NCBI GenBank assembly: GCA_043228905.1
Contig: JBHGNT010000015.1
Coordinates: forward strand, 5,704,001 to 5,768,000
Origin: Azolla caroliniana
Taxonomy: Eukaryota; Plantae; Polypodiophyta
Reading direction: 5' to 3'
Length of the DNA: 64,000 nucleotides
Position numbers and translations under genes: made by a program. Position 1 is the first letter of the stretch. Each line of letters begins with the position of its first letter. Of the stretch, positions 23,159 through 35,309 are shown in pieces. The notes below the pieces were generated by a model. That model was not told the origin of the DNA and did no database searches. It was given only the letters and a program-made list of their open reading frames with translations.

Positions 23159-24002
23159 TTCCTGCTCTTCTGCCGCCTCTTTCACGTCGGGTTCACCAAG
23201 ATGTCGGGGTTGCTACGCCCTAGCGTGCAGAAAGGAGGAGGGACCACGGGGGTCTTGGACCGAAGAGCAAGAGAGAGAGAAGTAAGAGGGAGAGACAGAC
23301 CCGTTTACTCAGAACCGAGATTGCACAGGGACACGGCCCAACAAACAGAGATCACAAATAAACGCCGACGCAGATGGACGCAACAACAAAAGATATGTGC
23401 TTATGAATGCAAGAAAATAACAGGCTAAAATATTACAACCCACGGTGGGGCTCGGATTAGATACTAACGAAAACGAACAGGGCGGCGAACAGATGCCGAC
23501 CCCTGTGTGACGCGACGCACAGAAAGGGGAAAACAGGTCGGAGGTGCTGCAGGACGCACTCGGGGCGTTCCACGGAACAGCGCAGCCTCCTCGAAACCTG
23601 CACAGGTACGCGATGGAGCAGAGGGCAGAGAAGAGAGGAGCTCCGAAATCGGTTCGGCAGCACTTCGTCCTCTCCGCGCGAGATCCCTGCAACAGCTCTT
23701 TCCTGCTCCTTATATAGGCCGACGAGCAGGCCGTCCTGTCAGCTTTATTCCCTGTCCCTTTTGGACAGGGATCCGCTCCGTTTTTCACGCATCCGCGTAG
23801 TTACGCCGCCGACTCGTACAGTTCGCGCGCGCGACCGAAAAGACTGTTCGCGCGGTCTTCGTCTCCACTTGAGTTAGGGCCCGTTCCTGCCGATTATCCT
23901 CCTAATTCGCTTCTATGTACAACTTGGAGCGTGCGCGTGTGAAGAACCGGTTCCCACGCCTTGGTGCGCCGATTCCGCCTACGGACGGTTTTCTTCACGA
24001 CA

Positions 24003-26510
24003 GCGTACGAAATGCCGTTTTAGGAACATCATCCTCACTTATACGAATTTGATGGTAGCCCGTACGGAGATCAAGTTTCGTAAAATAACGAGCTCCCTGG
24101 AGACGTTCAATTAGATCGTCAGCCTGGGACAATGGATATGAATTCTTGATCGTCACTTTATTCAAGCGTCGGTAATTAATACACATACACCATGTGCCCT
24201 CTTTCTTTTATACCAAGAGAACAGGTGCACCCCATGGAGATTTACTATAACGTATATAACCCATTCGTAAATAGTCCTAGAGTTGCTTAGATACCTCATC
24301 CTCTTCGGATCGACTTAAGCGATAAGGAGGTATAATTATTGGTGCAACACCAGGCAAAATATCTATATGATGGTCTATATTATGTTTAGGAGGTAACCCA
24401 TGTGGTAGTTCACTCAGAAAAACATCACGAAAATCATTTAAAATTTCATCGAGTTGTTGTTGTTCAAAATATGATAATTGAATCGAGACATTATCGATAT
24501 GGTAAACGTGAATGTCTCGATCAAGTACATAATAAAATAAAGTAGAACAAGACAACTCGGATATTGATGGAGAGGAAACAATCAAAAAAGATTGTTTTTT
24601 AACACATTGAATAAAATGAGTACAATCGTTTAGTACAAAGGAAATGGAATGACAAACCCAATCGATAGACAAAGAAGAGTTTTTATTATAAAACCAGGGA
24701 TAACCCAGTATTACATCAGTGGTACAAAGATTCATTACATGGAAGTCTACTTCCTCTACATAAGTATCAATAGAAATTCCTAATGAATGAATCGCCCCAT
24801 TGATGTATTGTACTCTTCCATTAGCCAAGTGCACCCTATAGGTGTGATCACTTACAGTGGGTTGGATTCCCCCTATCTGAACCAAACGATCATTCACAAA
24901 ATTGTGTGAGCGTCCCGAATCAAATAAAAATTGTACAGGGGATCCATTGACATACCCATTTGCACATAGTAAATCATTGGGTTCCAATACATAGTGAGGG
25001 AAAGAACATTGACAATTACTTAAATGATGTGTATAGACCTCAAGGACATTAGGAATCTGACCTTTATGGTCTGCAACTTTTGCTTTGTTGTTGTGCTCTT
25101 TCGGTTTTGTCTCCCTTTCAAGCTTTATTTCTTTTGTTGGTGGCACGTTGCTGCATCTCACCCCTCTTCGATCATCCCTCATGGGCTGTCTTGTTGTCAT
25201 CGATATTCTCGCTCGCCCCTTATCGTGTAGTCGGCATACACTTTCCACTTTCCTCCAATCCTCGATGAGGCCATTTGCACCATCATCTTCTTTGAGTTTG
25301 AGGCCGATGGCCATCCTTTCCATTCGATCGATTGACTTCACAAACATAAGGACCTTATCGACCCCCACTAATCTTTGTTCCCGCTCCGAGAGTTGAAAAA
25401 AATGACGCTCGAAGTCTACGAAAGCTTGTGTCGCGCCTTGGTGGGTCTTCGCCGATGTCACCCATTGGTCGAAGTTGCGTCGATCTCGTCCCTTCAGTCT
25501 CTCATAGCCATATTTCTCCAATAGAGCCTTCTCGAAAGTCGCCCACGAATCATGAGCTTCTAGAAGCTCTTTTACATCTTTGAAGATCGGTTGAGACACC
25601 ACCCGACAAAAGTACTCCAGCCTCATAGCTTCGTTCACACCTCTTGAATCCATCTCCGCAATGTAGACTTTTAGAAAACTTTGGACTTCGGCACCGTTGA
25701 AATAGCTCACTCGCCCGACTACCCTCTCAACGGCTTGTTGGGCTTCATTTCGTCTTTTCCCTTCTCTTAGAAACTCCATCATCCTTTTTGACATTGCCTC
25801 CATAAGATATTCGCCATCCATCTTCGTCCTCCCCTACTGCTCTTCACGTCGGGTTCACCAAATGATGTCGCGAAGATTCGTGCGTGCGTGTGCTACTCGA
25901 GCGACCACCGGGGTCTTGGACTGGGGAGGATGTTCGCAGAATTATCGAAGAGATGATGATCAATGTGAGATTAGATGAAATTTGTTCACTTGAGAAGAAG
26001 AAAGATTTTACACTTGAGAAGTAGAAATATATGAAGAAGATAAAGACAAATATAATTATATTGATGATCGTGGTGTTGGTGATATCACATATTGAGCCCC
26101 CCTTACACAAGCCCAACTAGAGGCTTTTATAGGTCTTTCCATGCTTGTGACATGCACAAAACCATGGGCTAAAACCATGGTTTTGTGCACACGGTTTTGC
26201 TTATGTCATGCACAAACCATGGGTTTAGAACCATGGTTTTGTGCACATGGTTTTCTAATGGTTGCTTCATCTATAATTCATATATGAAAAGTAAATAGAT
26301 AAAATCTACACTATATGATAGTTGTCCTAGTGGTAAGGCAATTATCTTGTATCTTAGAGGTGCAAGGTTCAAACCTTACTTGCGCCCCTCTGTATGAACT
26401 CAAGTGCCACTAGGCCTTAGGTTTATTTGCTAAGTGCATGTGCAATGTTGCACATCCTTGGTTTATTCGTCTCACTCGGTTTCACACCGTAGCCGAAAAT
26501 CGTCACGACA
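24003..26510 (-). mobile_element. Trp-primed gypsy (LTR 25866-26510, PBS 25844-25860) with gag joined to an AT-rich protease/RT
   Basis: 514-aa ORF 24277-25821 with FLFDSGRSHNF; RT motifs [28 protein letters not shown] and [12 protein letters not shown]. Confidence 0.88.
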
Positions 26511-27320
26511 TCGTTAGGTACGATACGGATACCGTACGTATTTGATGTCCTCCCAATTTAAAAATACGTTAAATACGCTTTCTTAATATGTTAAATACTT
26601 ATAAAATATGTATTTTACGTATAGTACGTTAAATACTTCTAGAATTTGAAAATTATTTACCTTTCTAAAAAATATCTCTAATATTGTAAAATACATCTAT
26701 GTTTAAACAATTTTGTGATGTACAATATAGTTCTACATCCTAAAATGCATATAAGACATTTGAACATTTCACATCCTAAAATACTTGTAGTAATATGGAT
26801 GTTGAGATTCCCTTATTCTATAAATCAGTGTGAGTGTGTATCACGATGTTCTACTTCAAATTGTAATTATTTACAATTATGCCTTCATAGATTGAGGAAT
26901 CATCTACCATTATCACACTCATGATAGGTTTGTCTTTTCTTCGTTTTCTTCTTCTTCTTCTTCTATCTTCTACGATTATCACACTCAGGACAGGTTTATG
27001 TCTTCTTTTCTCTCTTCTTCTTCTTCTTCTTCTTCTTCTTCTTCTTCTTCTTCATCGTTGTCTCTTCTATTCTTCTTCCTTCCTTCCTTTGGCTTCTTTT
27101 TCATTAAAATCTTTTTTTTCTTTCGCTTTTTGTTGGGGTTTTACTTACATTTTCTTTATAAATACGTATTATACCTATTTTTTTATAAATACATTAAATA
27201 CCGTATTGGACAAATGTACATGATATTTGACTGAACAACATTGAGGTATAGTACATACTATACAAATGATGAGGTACTATATGTATTTAAACGTTAAATA
27301 CGGGTACGTAAACAACCATG
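26511..27320. mobile_element. Possible MITE/DNA-transposon remnant containing a (CTT)n microsatellite (~27014-27053)
   Basis: AT-rich, with subterminal ATACG/CGTAT repeats; ends ...CGTAAACAACCATG; the other end and a TSD are not visible. Confidence 0.35.
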
Positions 27321-29627
27321 GTGTGGAGTGTCCCGCCCGTTTCTGGTCTTTCACGGAACCGTAGTCGTCATACACGCTTGGCCTCCTTCTCGCGCTCACC
27401 GGCTCCCACCATGTGTTGCGACTCATCCTCCTCGATCTCCAATCATGCCAGCTTGGTCCTTGCCCGGTTCGGTCCCAACCGATCATGTTTCGGTTTGATC
27501 GGCTTCCTTCCATAATCATAACCGGCCGGTAAGGGTTCGGCCGAACACTTCCAGTCTTGCCGGCTCTTCTTCGGTTCGGGCCCGGTTGACCAGCCCCCGC
27601 TTCATTCTTTTCCCGGTTCGCCTTCTGGTCCGGTCGGTTCCCAACTCTCTCCTTATTGCCGCTCTCGGCCTCCCCTTTGGTCCTTTCGTATATGCCCGTT
27701 CCGGGCCTCACATCCTCCTCTTCGTTTCAGTCACCCGCCTTGCCACCGCCACCGTCCGTCACTCTAGGTCTCATACCAGCTCTCAGTTCGGATGCCGGAG
27801 TCTCTAGAACCGGTGCGGGCAAGATCCCGGCATCGCCGCTCGTTATGTCCGTAGCCACCTCCATCCGGACGTCATTGTTCGTGGCTACCCCGTCTCCGAT
27901 CGCGGAAGTCTCGATTACGCTTGTTGCCTCCTCTTCCTCGATCTCCTTGCTGTCGTCTCGGTTGCCCGCCTTGTCACTGCTACCGTTCGTCACTCTAGGT
28001 CTCACACCGGCTCTCGGGCCAGACGCCGGAGTCTCTAGAATCGGTGTGGGTAAGGTCCCGGCACCACCACTTGTCTCCTCCCCGCTTGATGTTTCGGGCC
28101 ACCGTGTCCCGAATCCTCTGCCCACTCTCGAAGTGGCGCTCCCCGCTCCGTAGTCACCGATCTCATCCATGGCCGTCCATTCACCGCAAGAAGAGAGGAT
28201 CGCTTGCTCCGCACCCTCTCCCATGTCACCGTCGTACGCTCTTCCGGCCTCCACATAGGCCCCATTGTCCATGCATAGGGAGGCTTCTTCCTCCGCATCC
28301 TCTGATTGTCTCTAGCCCGTCTCCATAGTAGACCCTTCTTCGGCTTCGATTTGTGCCTTCACGATCTCGTACGCTTCCCGTACCAAGGCTTCGATGTCGA
28401 GCTCCACCGAACCATTCTATGGTAAGCTTTCCTCTGTCGGCGGTGACGCGTAGTCACTCACCATCCTCCTTTCGCCACCATTTGCGGGCTGTGTTGCGGA
28501 CGACCACATCTCCTCGTGTCGTCGGCATACCCTCTCTACCTCATTCCAATCCTCAGTGAGGCCGTACGCCCCTTCATCGTCTTCGAGTTCGGATAAAATG
28601 GCCATTCTCCCCTTTTCATTGACTGACTTTAAAAATAGTAGGACCTTTTCCGCCCCCACCAATCTTCGATCCCGGTCCGAGAGTTGAGCAAAACGAAGCT
28701 TGAACCCTCAGAATGCTTTCATTGCGCTCTGAGGAGCCTTCACCGATGCTACCCATAGACCGAACTCGCATCGATCATACTCATATCCCTCATCCCGTCT
28801 TTCTCTTTGTCTTGCAAAATCCCTCACCATCCTCGCCATTATTTCCGTGATGTCTTCCTCTTCCGTCCTCTTTCTCCCTTGCCACCTATTCACGTCGGGT
28901 TCACCAAAGATGTCGCGTATTTCCGCACGTGCGTGTAGAATAAGGCAGGACCATGGGGGCCTCAGACTAGAGAGTAGATGGGAAGACGGGTATGAGCAGA
29001 GTGGAAGAGATTAACACGGTAGAGAAAGTAGAAGAGACAAGATTTATGAACTTATGTATATTATGGGCATGAAAGCCGCAATGCGATTACAACCGCGGCC
29101 TCGTGGGCCGAACTCAAAACATAAGTAGAATGTAAACCCTAATCGGATAAGTAAAGAAAGAGATGAAGAAACCCTAGAAGAAACCCTAAATCGAATAGAA
29201 ACCCTCGACCTAAGTGGTATACCTCTTCTCACTCAAAAATAGGCAACCCCTTCAATGGTGCCCCTTCCTCTCCTTTTATAGCATAAGGAGAGAAAGCTGT
29301 TACAAAAAGGAGAGACTAAAAATCCCCTTTATTCAATGGGGATATTTGCTTAGATTCTAGGAGGAGGGATTGATGAGGCCTTAGCTCACACTCCTCACAC
29401 ATACTATTATGCCCATTACTCACCTCGTACTCTACAAAGTGCACATCACATTGATGCCTCTACGAACTTCGTGGTGCACCTTTAGCACCTTAGATTATTA
29501 CCCTTCCCATTACATTTTGTTTACTTATTCTTACAACACAAATTTACAAGTGCATGTGCAACGTTGCACATCCCCATTTTATTTGTCCCTCCCGATTTTC
29601 TCACCGTAGCCAGAAATCTTCACGACA
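27321..29627 (-). mobile_element. Non-autonomous Trp-primed gypsy derivative (LTR 28911-29627, PBS 28890-28906, internally deleted gag, low-complexity tail)
   Basis: KVLLFLKSV and GLTEDWNEVERVC; ~80-bp internal duplication at ~27757 and ~27988; no pol. Confidence 0.82.
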
Positions 29628-31363
29628 ACGTGAAACTTGTTAAGTTTCATAAAATCACAATCAAGCATTGTCATTTGCGGAATTCATTGATCATCGTATA
29701 TAACATGCCTAGGTGGCTGGCTTGAAAACATAGTTTTGGAGCTTTTACATGTGATAATGACATTTATCCACATCACACATTTTACCTCCAAAAAATGTGT
29801 GTGTATGCATACATTTGTTTGCAACATGTTCATGAGATTTTGCATCAACAATTTGGAGCTTTGTGTTTTTACTCATGACCATGAGATTTTCCATATCATA
29901 ATAAATAACCTGAAAAAATGTTTGTGAGTGTGTGCGAGTCTGTGCATGCATGCAACATTCACAACATGACATTGATTCCTTGCTATCCTTTATGGCAAGC
30001 TTGTTTTATCCCATTTGAGGCTTGTTGTGGGAAACAAAGTCCACCAAATTAGCTCCCTAGATGGTCTTCTAAGTCTTTACCTCAGCCATTTAATAATCTC
30101 ATGGTTAACATTGTGGTGTGGATTGTAATTTGTTAATTTTTCATGGAATGATAAATGTAGGGAATATGTTATTGTTGTTGTGATAAATGTAGGGATTGTG
30201 TTAAAGTGTGATAAATTGGAATGCACAATTCCGCAGGTTCACTCTTGCAAAACTTATGTTTATGGATATCATTTCTTAAGTCTACTATTAAAATGTTTAA
30301 AGAGAAACATGTCGGGAATACAATGAGATTTGGACATTCATTTAATTTAGTGCCTTGCACTCAAATACTAGAAACATCTTATGTTATTGTATTGCATACA
30401 AATGTTCATTGTGCAAACATAAGTTTAAAATGTCTCTACTTTAATACCCTGAAGGATTTGCATGTCAAAAGAGAGACACTAACATGTAGTGCAACAAAAA
30501 GACATTTAGAATATTGAATTTGGGAAGATGACAAATTATGCTAGAAAGATTTTCAGCACACAGAGAGATATAGATTTAAATAAGAGAGGACAAGTCTTCT
30601 AAATTCAATAAATAAAAACATTACAGAAATATGCCTCCACGATTATAGATTATTTGAGTTGTGGCCATGGTGGATGATACATTGGTATCTAAGCAATATT
30701 TTTAGTACATGGAAGCTTACAAAAAGGATGGCGTAGTGGTAGGGAGATCTTAGAACAAATTTACAATTATGACAAAAATAAAGAGAATTATGCAAGTTTT
30801 CGTTGATGTGTGAGGATGTGAGTTTCATAATGTTAAATAAATGCTTCTTCATCCATATATTTATTTCTTTTTTGTTGAAATGTTCTTGTTCTATACATAA
30901 TTACTCCAAAAAAGCCATCTATAATTCAAATATGATGGAGCAATTGATAGCTTAGGAATATGGCTCGAAGAATCCACAAAATAAATATCAAGGTTTATAG
31001 AACAATTGTCAATGAGACGAGTTTGAATACTTCATGCCACTTTGTCTCAAGCAGATACATTTGTATGCTTCATTTACTATCACGGTGGTGTGTTAATGTC
31101 CTCAAGGGACCAAAAATGACAAATGGGAGCAAATTTGACAATTTGTCTCCTTTTTTATGAGAGTACATTGGCGTTTCACCTTTAGAAAGTGAGATGCAAT
31201 GTCACAACATTTGAATAAACGAACTATCTAGTATCATTCGCACGTTGGGTCAAGAGAGAGGGAGAGATATCATTTTTATTATCACGTTCAAGGTTGAAAT
31301 ATGACCCATGAGATAAATATATATATAATGTTTTCATATAATACATGTCAATGTAAGTAGGAC

Positions 31364-31907
31364 TACGAATCGGCAACGGTTCGGTTTAGGCTTAACCGGT
31401 TTGGCCTAGCGCAAACCTAAACGGCAACGGTTCAGTGAGTAGTCAAGCCTAAACCGTTTTGGGGTTCTCAAACCTAAACCAAACCAATCACTAAACCAGT
31501 TTGGTCTAAACCAGTTTGGGAACTAATTTGTGAATTGGTTTGGGACAAATAACCTTAAAAGGTGTGAAGAAAGCCAAAAAAACATCTCTACCACTTCCTC
31601 CTACTCTTCTTCTCCTCTTCATAATTCCCACCCCCCTCGGCCTTACCACCGATAAGTCCTTCAACTCCGAGTCCCACATCCACGACTCTCTGTAGAATAC
31701 TACGATTAATCTGTTGATGTAACCCTTCCATGACCTCTCGATTGCTATTGCCCATCCCTCAACCACCTTCATGTCGAGCTTGCCACATCCTTGGTCCTAG
31801 GTCTAATTCGGAGAGAATTGGAGCTTCAACTAAGTTTTCATCTATATGTACAAAAAGAAGAAACAATGTATATAACAAGAAGGAGGTCCTTGTCCTCATC
31901 CACTATG

Positions 31908-31968
<61 letters not shown>

Positions 31969-32126
31969 AATTCTAACTTCTATCTTTCTAAACCCTAATT
32001 ATTAAATAAGATAAACGGCTTAACCGGTTTGAACTGGTTTGGCAAGGCTCAAGCCGAGCTAAGCTCCTAAGCTGCTAAGACATTTTAAACCGATTTAGGC
32101 TTGAGTTGGGTCATTGCCAATCCCTA
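31364..32126. mobile_element. hAT-type MITE with 8-bp TSD AGTAGGAC
   Basis: TSD at 31356-31363 and 32127-32134; imperfect TIR TACGAATCGGCAA / TTGCCAATCCCTA; subterminal AACCG repeats. Confidence 0.88.
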
Positions 32127-33050
32127 AGTAGGACTTTACTAATGAATTTTGTGATTGAGCACATTGTAATTGTGAGAGAAATTCATGGAAGATTAGGTTG
32201 AGTTTGTGTGGAATGCATAATCAAATGTGATCAAACATAGAGCATTGTACCAAATTCTATTACCCAAACTCTTGGCTTGTTTAAGGAAAAATGCACATAG
32301 TCGATTAGTCTCCTTGCTTATGTATAAACATGACGTCTCACATGTATTAGTGCATGCAATTGATAAAGAATCTAGGTTTGTAGTTAGGTGCAACATATGT
32401 AATATAATGTGTGAAGCATTGTCGTACAGTTTGTGATTGATGCGTCGAACTGTCGGGGTTTTGTGCGAGCAGAGTTTGTAATGAAAAGGGATGGAGATAG
32501 TGTATGATGCAAGAGGCAAAGAGTATATGATAAAAATAAGTTTTATTCTATTGACAAATTACAATACAAGATTACCAAAGTTAAAAGTGCTCAATCGTAA
32601 AGATGGTACTTTATCTCTATCAAACTTCGATTGAACCCTAGACTTCAATCTTGAGAGACAAGGTACTTTACAAATGAGTTATCTTCATTGATTATTTCAT
32701 TGATTGATGCCTACATACTTGCTTTCCTTATATTTATATAAGGTTTCAAATGCATGCAATGAATGTGAGAGTGCATGAAATGCTTGTAATGCAGGTGATG
32801 TGTGATCGGCACGTGACACACATGCACTACATGTAATGTATTCAACTTCCTACAATCTAATAGGAAACAAGCAAAAAGATCCAAAAGACACATAGTAGCC
32901 AGATTTTATATTATGATTAGATGCAAGAAATGAAAATGTGGTTTGGAAGATGGGATGCAACAACTTGCTTCATGATGCATCGATAAATCCCTCTATAAAG
33001 AAGGTCTTTTGCAACACCACATGATACGGGAAAAATGTGGAGGCTCACGT

Positions 33051-33300
33051 TGTCGTGAAGCAATTGCTTTACAATATTAAAAGAAATTCAAATGTCATAT
33101 CAAGTGACATTTATAAGGCTCGAACCCATAACCTCATATACTAAACCATGAGTATGAACAATTAGGAAAAGCTCTTCTATAAAGTTTTATAATTAACTTA
33201 TAAGAATATGGTTTCTCTATTCAACAAAGAATATGGTTTTGTAGTTAGATGCAATATATGTTATATGATATGTGAAGCATGAGCTTCATCATGTTGCGAT
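33051..33300 (+). mobile_element. Old LTR 5' end of the TGTCGTGAAG clade with an antisense tRNA-like cassette
   Basis: ACGT|TGTCGTGAAG; similar to 39965-40100; right boundary unknown. Confidence 0.55.
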
Positions 33301-35309
33301 ACATTGGCGTTGCAAAACAACCTCATTCACAAAGTAATCTATTGATGCCTTATGAAGCAAGTTGTGCCTTATCATTCATTGCTTTGAGAAAGCAGAAGTT
33401 CCCTAAATATAATGTGATGGTGTTTCCTTATTCATGTTTCATAAGGTTTCAAGGCAAAGAGGAGTGGTTTAAAGTGGATCCCTCATTCATAGATATTTTC
33501 GAGTATTTTTATTCTCTAAGTTGTTATAATTGGGAGTAATACTATCTCTTGACTATCAATTTAGACAATTTTTTTATTTTAATTAAAAAAGGTTTGCTTT
33601 AAAAAACTCATGCGCAAATGGTTCAAGCTTATTTAAAATTTCTTGACCATTGAGAATAAGTTAATATAAAGGATCCTTCTAGCTAATTTGGGTGATGGAA
33701 TGAGTTAGAAATCATGTCAATCCGCCAACACTAGAATGCTTGAATTTTTGTTATTAAAAAAAATAGTTTATTTTGGATCATTGAGATATATTTAAGTTAT
33801 GGCCAAAGGGATTCAAGTTTGTGCTGTGAAAGTCATAAAGTAGTGGAAATACTTTTGGATTAAGTAAATTTCCTCAAACAAAGATACTACATATCCCATG
33901 GTAGAGGTAGAGAGAGAGCATGTCATTAGGCATGCGTGCATTTTGAATACAAATCTACACGTTGGTGGATTGAATTTTATTGTTCGAATACATTGTGGTA
34001 TTTTTGCATTGTCAACCGAAAGAGGACAAAGTACTAACTTTATACCACTAAGGAAATAGTTGATGCGCATCTTGAAAATCCTTTCTACAAGTGACATAAA
34101 TTTAATTGTGCAACCTAAACGAATGTGAAACAAGGGAACTTGGAAGGTTCAAAGGACATACCGTGTTTGTTCAATCACAGCCTTTCATAATAATTTAATC
34201 GCCTTATCAAAAGCCACCACATATTTATTCTATTTACATGTAGATTTTTTATTTCTTCCAAAAACTACATGTAGAATTTTAGTTCTAGAAGAGTGAATCA
34301 TGCAACATTATAATCAATGGAATATTAACCTATTAGATGTACCTAGCAACCTATAATGTTACATAGATAGGTCATATTTATTACGTGTAAAATAAATAAT
34401 AAAATAGTTAAAATTTCAATTGGACCCCTAGTAAAAAAAAACTAGTGTACTTAATGCATTTTATTATGATAATATATCACCATAGTTATATTTTAGGTTT
34501 GGCTAGGTCTAGACTTTATATTTTCAATATTAACAAGGTAGTTTATGGTATTTATGCTTCTAATTGTAACGTTAGGAACTTAACATGCATACCATTCTCT
34601 CATATTGGGAACTTTATGTTTTAAGGGAGATTCTGAAGTTTGATTGATTGGTTAATCTTTTGGAAGATAATGCATGATTGTATGCTTGTTATTATAAAAA
34701 AGGAACCAATGAGATCATTGCATGAAGAAACCTAAGTCTAGAAAGGTTTTACAAAGTCTAGGTATAATAATATGGCATCGAAATTACAAACCCTATTTAA
34801 GTTAATTTGAGCATATCTTACATGTTTATTCATCACTACATTTAATATGAGCATGTTATACATATTTATTCATCGCTACATTTAGAGACAAAGGTAAGTG
34901 CATCACTTTGATATACTTGTAACTTGTAGGCTTGTAGCTATTAAAATATGAAACTTCCAAATTTATTTAATACAAAAAACAACGAAAATGGAATTATGAA
35001 AAACCATGCAGGGATTGAGACAATAACAAATGTCCAATTCAGAATAGAAAATACATGTATTAAGTTGGAGACAAACAATATAAATCTAAGACCATCCTCT
35101 TCAAAGAATGGATTTAATGTTGGGGACATTATAAAACTCTTCATAATTTAAGTTTGGGAGCCCTTCACACTGACAATTCACCCCAAAGAAAATGGCTTTA
35201 CAACATTGACATTAACAAATGGTTTCTACAATGCAAAGTAGGGAAAACGATGGCATTACCCTTTAAAAGGCGAGATAATTGTCGATAAGATTGTTGAACT
35301 TCTTTTGAC

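Larger units (their letters stand above)
20449..24002 (-). mobile_element. Young GC-rich tRNA-Trp-primed Ty3/gypsy element (5' LTR 23202-24002, PBS 23182-23198, gag-pro, start of pol)
   Basis: LTR TGTCGTGAAG...CCCGACA; perfect PBS TGGTGAACCCGACGTGA; inserted into another element's RT right after KTAFRT. Confidence 0.92.

Noticed and set aside
20443-23428. Long plus-strand ORFs (216, 270, 169 aa)
   Set aside because: Antisense shadows of the GC-rich gag-pro coding strand, with no domain motifs.
26921-27234. Poly-Leu / poly-Ser ORFs (similarly the RERE ORFs at 763 and 38004)
   Set aside because: Translations of (CTT)n or (GA)n microsatellites.
29960-31200. Possible DNA-transposase remnants (also ~33600-34140, VEVERA-like)
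   Set aside because: Only faint motif hints in heavily decayed AT-rich sequence; cannot be supported without tBLASTn.
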